Assembly (NCBI GenBank): GCA_963664705.1
Contig: OY761556.1
Coordinates: forward strand, 4,320,001 to 4,384,000
From: Acidobacteriota bacterium
GTDB taxonomy: Bacteria; Acidobacteriota; UBA6911
Reading direction: 5' to 3'
DNA: 64,000 nt
In this document: positions 17,918 to 27,066 of the stretch, in pieces
Layout of the letters: each line of letters starts with the position of its first letter
Numbering within the stretch: position 1 is the first letter of the stretch
Made by a program: the position numbers and the translations under genes
Notes under the pieces: generated by a model
Seen by the model: only the letters and a program-made list of their open reading frames with translations
Told to the model about the DNA's origin: nothing
Databases searched by the model: none

Positions 17918-18901
17918 ATGAGGAAATTCACGCATATTGAAGCTCGAACAATCGACGAAGCGGCTTCGGCTTTGCGGAGATACGGAAATCGAGCAAGCGT
18001 TATCGCAGGTGGAACGGACATTCTGGGAAAAATGAAGGATGAAATCCTGCCCCGGTATCCCGAGGCTCTCATCAACATCAAATCAATTCCCGGCCTCGAT
18101 TTTTTCAGGGAAGAAGCGGGCGTGCTTCGAATCGGCGCACTGGCAAAACTCGAAGACATCGGGAAAGAACCTTTGATTCGTACAAAATACACCGCCCTTG
18201 CCCTGGCCGCAGCCAGAACCGCATCGCCGCATCTGCGCGAGATGGGAACCCTGGGAGGCAATCTGTGCCAGGATATTCGCTGCTGGTATTACCGCAATGC
18301 AAACAACCGGTTCCCCTGCCTTCGGAAAGGTGGAGGACGATGCTACGCCATTGATGGCGACAATCGGTACCATTCAATTATGGGCGGCAGTGTCGAGGGA
18401 GGTTGTTACGCGGTGCATCCCAGTGATACCGCCCCGGCCCTGATCGCCCTGAACGCCGGCGTCATGACTACAAAAAGGATGATCAAGCTGGAGGATCTTT
18501 TCCAGGTCGATGTGGCGAAAACCACAATTTTGGACCCGGATGAGATGATCACGGAAATTCACGTACCGGAACCATCGGCGGAATCCAGAAGCGCTTTTCT
18601 CAAATTCGCCATCAGAAAGGCTATCGATTTTCCGATCGTAAATTGCGCGGCAATGATCAGCACAGCCGCCGGCAAGATCACGTCCGCACGCATCTGCCTG
18701 AATGCCATCGCAGTGAAACCGTACCGTGCAGTAAAAGCGGAGGAAGCGATCCTGAAAAAAACCATTGATGAAGGGATTGCGGAAGAGGCGGGAAAAGCCG
18801 CTATGGCCGATGCAAAACCGATGGAACGCAATGGCTACATGGTTCAAATTGCTCGAGTCCTGATCAAGAGAGCAATCCTGGCCTGCCGTGAGATGAATTG
18901 A
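17918..18901 (+). CDS. Xanthine dehydrogenase-family FAD subunit with [4Fe-4S] insert (PaoB/HcrB type)
   Basis: IAGGTD, TLGGNLCQ, CWYYR...C...C...CYAVHPSD, RKAIDF. Confidence 0.9.
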   Translation: MRKFTHIEARTIDEAASALRRYGNRASVIAGGTDILGKMKDEILPRYPEALINIKSIPGLDFFREEAGVLRIGALAKLEDIGKEPLIRTKYTALALAAARTASPHLREMGTLGGNLCQDIRCWYYRNANNRFPCLRKGGGRCYAIDGDNRYHSIMGGSVEGGCYAVHPSDTAPALIALNAGVMTTKRMIKLEDLFQVDVAKTTILDPDEMITEIHVPEPSAESRSAFLKFAIRKAIDFPIVNCAAMISTAAGKITSARICLNAIAVKPYRAVKAEEAILKKTIDEGIAEEAGKAAMADAKPMERNGYMVQIARVLIKRAILACREMN

Positions 18902-19143
18902 TGCGCATCACGGTAAATATCTATGCGCACCTCAGGCACCACCTTCGACATGCGGAGGACTCCATCAGGCTGACGACATGGGAAGTGCCTGACGCCACCA
19001 CAACGGCCCAGGTATTGAAGAAGCTGAACCTGCCGAAGGAAGTCAACGTCACAGTATTGGTAAATAACAACAGCGTTCATCAGGAAGCTATTCTGAAAGA
19101 GGGCGATATCGTCCACATCCTCCCGCAGATGGGAGGCGGATAA
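18901..19143 (+). CDS. MoaD/ThiS-family sulfur carrier
   Basis: Beta-grasp size, LKEGDIVHILPQMGGG C-terminal Gly-Gly; start overlaps the upstream stop. Confidence 0.85.
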   Translation: MRITVNIYAHLRHHLRHAEDSIRLTTWEVPDATTTAQVLKKLNLPKEVNVTVLVNNNSVHQEAILKEGDIVHILPQMGGG

Positions 19144-19145
19144 AA

Positions 19146-19227
19146 ACGAATTACGAGTTACGAATGACGAATGACGAATGCAAGGATCAGCCATACCATA
19201 ATTCGTAATTTGTTATTCGTAATTCGC
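19146..19227. repeat. Palindromic heptamer tandem array (ACGAATK x5 / AATTCGT-like x4)
   Basis: acgaatt acgagtt acgaatg acgaatg acgaatg, 19-nt spacer, aattcgt aatttgt tattcgt aattcgc. Confidence 0.9.
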
Positions 19228-19246
19228 ATTATACCAAGGAGGGTTG

Positions 19247-20485
19247 ATGAGTCAGCAACGAGCATCTGCGCAGCAAAAAACACCGGCATATGCCTGGGTA
19301 GTACTATTTGCTCTTTATATGGCCACTCTGGCTTCACCTCTCAATTTATTCAAATTGCCGCCCGTGATGACCACCATCGTGGACGCATTTAAGTTATCGA
19401 GCGCTCAATCTGGCGATTTGATGTCCATTTTCTCGATTATGGGATTCGTCCTGGCAATCCCTGCAGGCTACATCCTGAAGAAATTCGGAATCAAACTCAC
19501 CGGACTCGTTTCGGTTGCTGCCGTTGCCATTGGATCAACCGTCGGCGCCGTTGCGCCCACTGCCCAAATGCTCTTCGTCGGCCGTTTTATCGAGGGGGTT
19601 GGCATGGGACTGATAATGGTTGCGGCGCCGTTTGCCATCAGCTTGTGGTTCCCGGCACATAATCGCGCCCTGCCTACCGGAATATGGGCCACCAGCGTAG
19701 GTATCGGGAACGTCGCCACACTTTTGCTCGCTCCGTCGATGGCCGCAAGTTATGGCTGGCAATCCGTATGGTGGGCAGGAGCTATCTTTTCGGCATTGGC
19801 ATTTGTGCTGTTTGCCCTGCTTTTCCGCTTGCCCCGCCCAGAAGAAATGTTTGACGCCCCGGCTCCAGCCAATGCTGTCGAAGAAGCGCCTCCGAGCCTG
19901 CTGAAGGGCATGGCCAACCGAGACTTCTGGATGATCAGTATTGCCTTTGGATGCTACAACCTGGTTGTCATGGCTATGTGTACTTTCCTGCCCACCTACC
20001 TGGAAGTCGAACAGCATTACTCGCGCGTGTTTGACAAGGGCATCATGCTGAACGCCTCGTTTATCACAGCCTTTGTCATGCTGGCCTCGATTTTTTCGGG
20101 ACCAGGCGGCGGCCGGATATCCGACCGGTTGGGAAAACGCAAGATGGTCGTTGCCATCCCCTACTTCCTGATGGCACTGACCTTCCTGGTTCCCTTTACG
20201 ATTACGGGCTGGATGATTCCGGCCTATATGATCGTATTCGGACTGGTCGGCGGACCGATTGCTCCCATTCTGCTTGCGTCCGTGCCGGAAGTATCCCCGA
20301 AACCTCAATTGATCGGCATCGGGATGGCCGTAGCAGCATTGGGGCAAAACATTGGAATGTACATCGGGCCAAGCCTCTTTATCCGGATTCAGGCGGCAAC
20401 GCACAGTTGGGCCGTGGCGGGTTATTGGATGATTCCGATTTGCTTGATTGGAATAATTGCCACCTGCATGACAAGGGTCCGCTAA
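19247..20485 (+). CDS. MFS transporter
   Basis: About 12 hydrophobic segments, GRFIEGVG, GRISDRLGKRK motif A; AAGGAGG RBS. Confidence 0.9.
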   Translation: MSQQRASAQQKTPAYAWVVLFALYMATLASPLNLFKLPPVMTTIVDAFKLSSAQSGDLMSIFSIMGFVLAIPAGYILKKFGIKLTGLVSVAAVAIGSTVGAVAPTAQMLFVGRFIEGVGMGLIMVAAPFAISLWFPAHNRALPTGIWATSVGIGNVATLLLAPSMAASYGWQSVWWAGAIFSALAFVLFALLFRLPRPEEMFDAPAPANAVEEAPPSLLKGMANRDFWMISIAFGCYNLVVMAMCTFLPTYLEVEQHYSRVFDKGIMLNASFITAFVMLASIFSGPGGGRISDRLGKRKMVVAIPYFLMALTFLVPFTITGWMIPAYMIVFGLVGGPIAPILLASVPEVSPKPQLIGIGMAVAALGQNIGMYIGPSLFIRIQAATHSWAVAGYWMIPICLIGIIATCMTRVR

Positions 20486-20499
20486 TCGCTTCATGACTG

Positions 20500-20551
20500 T
20501 CGTGAGATTCGTGGCAGGAAGGGGTTAGAAAAACTGCCACGAATTTCACGA
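20500..20551. repeat. REP-like inverted repeat between convergent genes
   Basis: tcgtgagattcgtggcag / ctgccacgaatttcacga 18-bp stem; shares cgtgagattcgtggca with 55389-55404. Confidence 0.8.
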
Positions 20552-20558
20552 ATTGAAA

Positions 20559-22868
20559 TTAGTTCCGCGAAAGTCTCGTAAGATCGAGTGCCACAAAATT
20601 TTTCGATTCCACACGAACCACCTCTTTGTTTTTTGAAAGTTCTTCAAACACACTTCGGATGGGAGTTCCCGGACCGCAGGGAGCATAGGAAAGAGCTTTC
20701 GGCATGATCAGGAGATCGGGATGAGCCCATTGCAGGTATCCCCGGAACGCTTCCTGCGATGCAAACAAACGCCAGAACGGAGGTGCTGTCTGTTCAAAAT
20801 CCTCATGAATGCAGGAGAGCGCATGTAGAGCGGTCTCTTCGCCACCCGCAAACCCCACGCAGAGCCCTTTGCCAGGATTGGCCTGAAGGTATTCCTCTAA
20901 CTCCCAAGCCCCCGCCCTTCGCAAACCGGACTCAATCTCAGCCTTCCTGTCGAACAGGGTCTTATTCAATACGAAGCGGAAGGGCTGGGTCCCCGGATGC
21001 CAGGACCAGTGGGATACAAACATGATCGGCAGTTGCAGCAGTAGGAAACAGATGCTGCCGGCCATCAGGATGGTTCTCGTTTTTGAGGAAGAGGATGCCA
21101 GGACTCCTGCGATGGAGAGGATTGCCAGGACAACCGGGATGGCATAGTAGTTTCCGTCCGTAAAACCCTGATCGGGTGTCCGCACCAGGCAGGCGGTGAT
21201 TATGCCGCCCACCATAACCGGCAGGCTGGCCAGCAGGAACCGGATCTGCCGATTGAAGCGAACAGCACGGAATGCAAGGAGGATCAGCAAGACACAAACA
21301 AAGAAAAAACCGGCATTGCCGGGCCAGGCCATGACATAATGCGAATAGGCCTTTGGATTGAAAAGCAGTCGTCCCCAATAAAGAAAAAACTCTTTATAGC
21401 TGTCTATTGGCGCTCCGGAAAAAATAAATCCGGATTCACTCCACGGATACTTCGGTGTCAGCCCAAGCAATTCCCACTTGTCGACGAATGCCGGCATGGT
21501 TGGAGTTCCGGTCAATAGCCAACTTCGCGACATCAAGCCGATACCGGAACAAAAGGCGATTCCGAGCGCCACAAGCGGCGAATATTTCCAGCCGCCCCCC
21601 GTTTTGCCGATGGTATCGGAAGTACTCCATATCCCGTTCCTTGCCGTGCAGCAATGCACCCAGACTCCGGTGGCCAGGAATCCAAGCATCAACATGGGCG
21701 CATAGGCATAGGCGCTAATCTTCGTTCCAGCCATTCCCAGGACCGCGGCCAAGCCATAGCAAAAATCGGGAGCGCTCCGATGCTTGCTCCAGTTCCATAA
21801 AAACAGTACTGCAATGAAGGCATACAGCGATTGAATCGTATCGGTCTTTGCCGTGGAAGCCATGTTGGAAAAAGCCGGAATACTGCCAACCAGAGCGGTG
21901 ACAAGGAATGCCAGCGTGCGCTCGATATCGAGGCTGCGGACAATCCCGTAAATCGCCAGCAGGCAGATCGCAAACAACACCACGTTAAAGGGGATGATGA
22001 AGGATCCATGGTTCAGCTGAGCCAACGGCAACGTCAGAATCTCAAACTGCTTGGGATAATAATAGACATGATGCATCAGTCTGAGATTGTCAAAGAGCGA
22101 GTGCGGACCTACCAAAACACGCTCCGGCCGCAGGCCGTACCACATCGAATCATAGTCGTTGCCGTAATTGGCCTTCCCGAATTGAGTCAGGATCAGAACT
22201 CCAACGATCAGCGCGGCAAACCTATCCCTCGAACCCAGACGCTCGAAACCGCGAGAAAGCATTACCGAAAGAGGGATCATGGGAGCATAAGCGATGGAAC
22301 AACCGGCGAGGATAATGGAATAGACGCGCAAAGATGCCGCAGTACCCAGCCCAAAGGCAGACAACAGAAGCGCGCCGAAAGTCCACGCTGCAATTCCAGT
22401 TATCATCCGAAGCAGATAATGCCGAATATCCTGGCTCCGGCCATCCTCTGCCCGGGCAAGCCGTTGCACGGCACTCCCTACCTGAATCAGGCATTCCAGC
22501 AGCACCCAGGCCACCGCAGCGGCTAAAAGAACCGAATGTATCTGAAGATACAACATGGAAAGGATGAGGACGACGGCAGTGGCGAACCAGGGGACGCGTT
22601 TTACCATCGCCACGAGAGCCAGAATCAGATAAATGACCAAAAGCTCGATTCCGCCCTGCACAGTTTCGGGTTGCTTCAGATGCCAGGCGTAGGTTTTCCA
22701 GAGGAAAAAGTAGGCCGGCAAGGCAATGCAGATAGCTGCCAGCAGCCCAATTATCGCTGACGGGATCGCCATGGTGCGTGAAGACGTTTCAATCGGATTG
22801 CTTATCTCTGAGGGATTTCTGTGGTTCAAGATTTTTTCCAATAGCGGTTGTGCCGATGGCCTATTCAT
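20559..22868 (-). CDS. Large polytopic membrane protein, probable GT-C fold glycosyltransferase
   Basis: Many TM segments; NDYDSMWY loop, YYYPK and KTD resemble PMT/ArnT-like GT-C enzymes. Function uncertain. Confidence 0.55.
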   Translation of the reverse strand: MNRPSAQPLLEKILNHRNPSEISNPIETSSRTMAIPSAIIGLLAAICIALPAYFFLWKTYAWHLKQPETVQGGIELLVIYLILALVAMVKRVPWFATAVVLILSMLYLQIHSVLLAAAVAWVLLECLIQVGSAVQRLARAEDGRSQDIRHYLLRMITGIAAWTFGALLLSAFGLGTAASLRVYSIILAGCSIAYAPMIPLSVMLSRGFERLGSRDRFAALIVGVLILTQFGKANYGNDYDSMWYGLRPERVLVGPHSLFDNLRLMHHVYYYPKQFEILTLPLAQLNHGSFIIPFNVVLFAICLLAIYGIVRSLDIERTLAFLVTALVGSIPAFSNMASTAKTDTIQSLYAFIAVLFLWNWSKHRSAPDFCYGLAAVLGMAGTKISAYAYAPMLMLGFLATGVWVHCCTARNGIWSTSDTIGKTGGGWKYSPLVALGIAFCSGIGLMSRSWLLTGTPTMPAFVDKWELLGLTPKYPWSESGFIFSGAPIDSYKEFFLYWGRLLFNPKAYSHYVMAWPGNAGFFFVCVLLILLAFRAVRFNRQIRFLLASLPVMVGGIITACLVRTPDQGFTDGNYYAIPVVLAILSIAGVLASSSSKTRTILMAGSICFLLLQLPIMFVSHWSWHPGTQPFRFVLNKTLFDRKAEIESGLRRAGAWELEEYLQANPGKGLCVGFAGGEETALHALSCIHEDFEQTAPPFWRLFASQEAFRGYLQWAHPDLLIMPKALSYAPCGPGTPIRSVFEELSKNKEVVRVESKNFVALDLTRLSRN

Positions 22869-22899
22869 CAGGAATCGATGCCTTAGTGGAATTCAGGTA

Positions 22900-23976
22900 T
22901 CATTCAGGCTTCCCCTGGAATCCCAGGTCCTCGATTTTTGAAGAAGTGAAGACGCCGCGCTTGATCAGTTTCTCGACCATGGTGCTGCAATAGTCACACT
23001 CACTACACTCCTTATCACAGGCAGTGACTTTGTCGAAAAACCCGATTTCATCAAGACTTTTGTTATCCAGGTGCATCAGGTGCGACATGGCAACAGAATA
23101 GAGATTGCCCGCCATAAGCTCCAGCAGATCACCATTCCAGCTTTCATTCATGTACGCATTCAGAGCTCTGAGCAGCATGCTCCTGGAACTGGTTCTGCCC
23201 ACGATTTTGAAGTATCCCGTTATGTCAGCATACCGCACGGCATCTTCCGGCCTGATCCAGCCTGCTTTCAGGATCTGGGAAGGGTCTGTTTTTGACAGCT
23301 GGATGCAATTGAGGCTGAAAACATTATCCTCAGACTTGACATTTTTGCCGGCTCCCGGCTTTCTTGATTTGTGCGAGATATAATTGAAGTGGAATTTGCG
23401 GAATGCGCACTGGAACAGACATCCTTCATTGACCATCAGCTTGATCTCCAGCCCGGTCTTCTCTTTGATACGCTTCAGCAGCGCAGGATTCCGATTGATA
23501 TCCACGTCCGGTGTAATTGCATCCGCGCCGGCTTTCCTGAAAATCACTGCTTTCTGAACACAATCGATGTCGCTGAGAACGGATGCGCAGATTTCAATGT
23601 TGGGGAATCGTCTCCGCACCTCCCTGATATAAAGAGGATTTGAGATCGTGACCGCTTCCACTCCCAGCTCCACATGAGCGCGCGCCAGGTAATTCATGGT
23701 GGAATTCAGTATGTCGGACGAATACCAGTCACTCCCTTCACAAATCGAATTGAGAAGCAGATTGACCCGAATCCCTTCGTTGTGAATGGATCCAACCACA
23801 TTGGCGAATTCTCCAAAATCCATTTCGGGAGCAATTCGGCCGGACCCGGAAAACTCCTGCGGGCCGGAAAGATATATTTCGCGGATTCGATTCCCATTGA
23901 GCGTTTTCAGCCGGAATATATCCGGCAGAGTCGCGGGATCGTTATTGTAGGGAACAGAGAATTCAAGATGGGGCAT
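22900..23976 (-). CDS. Peptidase U32-family (Fe-S) protein
   Basis: GSGR, LLLNSIC, ICASV, MVNEGCLFQC, WIRPED, FKIVGR, C-terminal CDKECSECDYC. Confidence 0.85.
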   Translation of the reverse strand: MPHLEFSVPYNNDPATLPDIFRLKTLNGNRIREIYLSGPQEFSGSGRIAPEMDFGEFANVVGSIHNEGIRVNLLLNSICEGSDWYSSDILNSTMNYLARAHVELGVEAVTISNPLYIREVRRRFPNIEICASVLSDIDCVQKAVIFRKAGADAITPDVDINRNPALLKRIKEKTGLEIKLMVNEGCLFQCAFRKFHFNYISHKSRKPGAGKNVKSEDNVFSLNCIQLSKTDPSQILKAGWIRPEDAVRYADITGYFKIVGRTSSRSMLLRALNAYMNESWNGDLLELMAGNLYSVAMSHLMHLDNKSLDEIGFFDKVTACDKECSECDYCSTMVEKLIKRGVFTSSKIEDLGFQGKPE

Positions 23977-23999
23977 GATGCCTCACTTCGATTGACATT

Positions 24000-25091
24000 T
24001 TACGATTGCTCATTGACGATTGGCGATTCGGCGGCCAGAAGCACGCGGACAATTTCCTGTAACTGCGTGGCGTCAAAGCCCACCTCCAGGAAACGGATAC
24101 GCGAATCCGGCATAAGCCCCGCCCAGGGTTCTGTCAGAATACCCATGCTTCCGATGCGCGGGGCAATGCGATCGTCTGCCCTAACCAGCAATTCCAGAGT
24201 CCTGGTCTTCTCCATTTCCCGGGTGTTGATGCACCATAGAATAAGGTCAGGCCGGCAAAATCGCGTCACATCCGCAATCATCGCAATTTGCTGAGGATCA
24301 TCCGCCAGATAAACCAATGTCGGACCGTTTCCGAGCAACGATAGAATTTCGGAATCGAGCGGAAGCCACTCTCTCGCCTGGCTGGGATTCAAGCCTTTAT
24401 ACAACCCATCGGCAAATTCAGACCGAATGCCGACAAAGCGGTTGATCTTTGCCGATTGGATAATGAAATCGGGAGCGGCCAGAATGGTGTTGCGCGGCTG
24501 GGTGAAATAAAAAGCGGCAGATTCCTGAGGGATGGGGACGTCATCCCACGGAGCATAGGCTGCGGACTTGGCCCGCTCTCCCTGCTTCAACGTCCTTGCA
24601 TCCACTCGCAGAATCCGGTCCGGACTCAACAGCTTTACGAGGGATAGGACTACCCATTTTTCATACCCGCCTTGAAACAAGTTGGGCCAGACCGATGCAA
24701 TCTTCGCGGCACCGGCCTGCTCAAATCCGTCGATTGTTTCTTTTCCCTTCAGCAGGTCGAACAGCGGGTCATACAACTCTCGGATCATGCTATCCGAAAC
24801 ATTCCGCAGGAATCTCTGGATACGGCTGGCTTCCGGAGACTCTTCCCAAGATATGCAGCCGAACAGACTCTGCTCTGCCTCGGCATAATGCTGTCGCAGC
24901 TCGTTCGCCCGGTTGAGCAAATCCGGGAACTTGTGCTCTATGAAAGTGGCTCTTGCCGCATTAAACCGAAGATAAAACTCCGTGCGCACATCCTCAGGGA
25001 TGCTTGTTACCGATTCCTGAATTTCAATCTCGGAATTGTCCCGAATGAAACTCAACAGATTTTCATATGCCTGACCAAAATTGTCCGACAT
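24000..25091 (-). CDS. Hypothetical protein (363 aa)
   Basis: Long ORF with normal composition, co-oriented between the FAD subunit and U32 genes; no family confidently recognised. Confidence 0.7.
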   Translation of the reverse strand: MSDNFGQAYENLLSFIRDNSEIEIQESVTSIPEDVRTEFYLRFNAARATFIEHKFPDLLNRANELRQHYAEAEQSLFGCISWEESPEASRIQRFLRNVSDSMIRELYDPLFDLLKGKETIDGFEQAGAAKIASVWPNLFQGGYEKWVVLSLVKLLSPDRILRVDARTLKQGERAKSAAYAPWDDVPIPQESAAFYFTQPRNTILAAPDFIIQSAKINRFVGIRSEFADGLYKGLNPSQAREWLPLDSEILSLLGNGPTLVYLADDPQQIAMIADVTRFCRPDLILWCINTREMEKTRTLELLVRADDRIAPRIGSMGILTEPWAGLMPDSRIRFLEVGFDATQLQEIVRVLLAAESPIVNEQS

Positions 25092-25217
25092 GGCACCACG
25101 TCCACCTGTGTAGATGTATTGAGTCTGGAATCCTGGGAAATACGAAGCGGGAACACAGTACGACCCTACCGGTCATATCCGCATTCAGGGAGCTCATTCG
25201 AAAATACAAGAACGTGA

Positions 25218-26180
25218 TCAGGCGCAGCCGAGTATTGCCCTCTTCACCATTGTTTTGGCGATAGGAATCTTCCACTTGTTTCTTTCGCCGGGGAGCGTCT
25301 TGGCCGTTGCCACGGCAGCGGCCCCAGCCGCATCCGCATTGGCTTCATTGATAGCCTTCCCCTTTATGGCTTCTTCTGCCGGCAGAGACCTATAGGGCGT
25401 ATTGTATACGGCATTCAGGCACACCCGGGCGTTTCCGCCCCCCACCATCGCCGCACAATTGACGATCGGGAAATCGATGGATTTCCGGATTGCGAACTTG
25501 ATGAAGGCACTCTTCACGCCTGCGCCAGGAGCAGGGATTTGAACTTCGGTCACAATCTCATCAGCGGCCAGCACAGTCGAACTCGGCACTTTCATATCCC
25601 AGAATTGCTCGGCTTCGATCAGGCGCTTATTGGTCTTGATCTTTGCATTCAAAGCCACGAGGGCAGGAGCCGTATCGCTCGGATTCACCGCAAGACACAT
25701 GCTTTTGGCACCGAATATGGAGTGGTACCGGTTGTCTCCGGCCATGGCGAAGCATTGCTTGCCACCCTTTCGGATGCAGAAAAATCGGTTATCCGGGTTC
25801 CGGAAATACCAACACCGATTGAACTGGCATATGTTGCCCGCAATGGTTCCCATTTCGCGGATATGTGGAGTCGCGGTTCTGTGCGCCCCCTGCGCCAATG
25901 CCGTGTATTTGGTCCGAATCAGATCATTTTGGGCAATGTCTTCCAATCGAACCAGTGCGCCGATTCGGAGCATGCCGCCCTCTTCCTTGATGGAATCCAT
26001 ACCTGGAATGGTCTTGATGTTTACCAGAACCTCAGGATAGTCCGGAAGAATCTCAAATCTCATGGTGCCGAGAATATCCGTTCCCCCTGATATGATCGCA
26101 GCCTTGCCGGCCCGGAGTATCGACGAGGCTTCATCGACTGTCTTTGCATTCACATGAGCAAATTTCTTCCAAGTTTTCAT
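25218..26180 (-). CDS. Second xanthine dehydrogenase-family FAD subunit with [4Fe-4S] insert
   Basis: ISGGTD, TIAGNICQ, CWYFR...C...C...CLAVNPSD, RKSIDF; clear paralog of 17918-18901. Confidence 0.9.
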   Translation of the reverse strand: MKTWKKFAHVNAKTVDEASSILRAGKAAIISGGTDILGTMRFEILPDYPEVLVNIKTIPGMDSIKEEGGMLRIGALVRLEDIAQNDLIRTKYTALAQGAHRTATPHIREMGTIAGNICQFNRCWYFRNPDNRFFCIRKGGKQCFAMAGDNRYHSIFGAKSMCLAVNPSDTAPALVALNAKIKTNKRLIEAEQFWDMKVPSSTVLAADEIVTEVQIPAPGAGVKSAFIKFAIRKSIDFPIVNCAAMVGGGNARVCLNAVYNTPYRSLPAEEAIKGKAINEANADAAGAAAVATAKTLPGERNKWKIPIAKTMVKRAILGCA

Positions 26181-26254
26181 TTCAGCTCCTAACCCAGAAA
26201 GGGTTTTAGGGACTCCGTCATAGAAGCGTTTTCCTTACCGAATGACTCCGGAAA

Positions 26255-26934
26255 TCAGGCGCGCGGCTTCAGATTTTTAGCAGCTTCCATCACGGCCAGC
26301 GGATGTCGCTGATAGGTGCCACACCGGCAGAGATTTCCGCCAAGAGCATCTCGAACGTCCGCTTCCGTCGGGTGACTGTTTTTATCCAGAAGCGCTTTGG
26401 CCGTACAGACAAAACCGGGAGTGCAGTACCCGCACTGAAATGCGTTATTGTCTATATACGCCTGAATGATCGGGTGCTTTGCTTTGGCAATTCCTTCGGC
26501 GGTCTCGATAACGGCACCATTACACTCGCAGGCCAACGTCATGCAGGACAGAATCGGTCTTCCATTCATAATCACCGTACAGGAACCGCAGGCTCCCTGC
26601 CCACCACACCAGTCTTTGGGGGAGGTATAGCCAATCTGGTCACGAATCACCTGGCGCAGACTCCAATGCGGTTCTACCGCATACCGGTATTTCCACCATT
26701 TACCGTCAGTTCGATGGTGGTCATGTCTGCAGTGATCTTGACTGGAGCGGCACCTGCCGGTTTTTCAGCGGGAACACTCTTCTTAGTCTGGGCAGTTGCA
26801 AGCTCGGTCACCGCAATGGAACCCAGGGTGGGAGCACCGACCACCAGTCCGGCATCCTTCAGGAAATCGCGGCGGGATATGTGCAATCCTTCCTTGCTTT
26901 CCTGTTCTGCATTCTTGTCTTTTTGGTCTGGCAT
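26255..26934 (-). pseudogene. Tat-signal [2Fe-2S] small subunit (PaoA-like) split by a 1-nt frameshift near 26690
   Basis: Upstream frame has SRRDFLK Tat motif ... TIELTVNGG; the shifted frame continues KYRYAVEPHWSLRQVIRDQIG...CGGQGACGSCTV...QCGYCTPG...GNLCRCG. Confidence 0.8.
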
Positions 26935-27066
26935 TTTCCCTCTTATTCTTCAGTCCTGGAATCGGGATACAGGACGCATGGAGAACTGCGCGATTGTGCT
27001 GCTATCCTAAAGATGCAATGCTGCCACATCCCCCCATATCCACTCTGGGGGGACGTCGGGCAGCAG

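Noticed and set aside
19146-19227. Heptamer arrays as a CRISPR array
   Set aside because: 7-nt tandem units with no unique spacers and no cas genes.
11726-26934. Selenocysteine or pyrrolysine readthrough in the redox and methyltransferase genes
   Set aside because: Stops fall at expected domain ends; the premature TAG at 26674 is explained by a frameshift.
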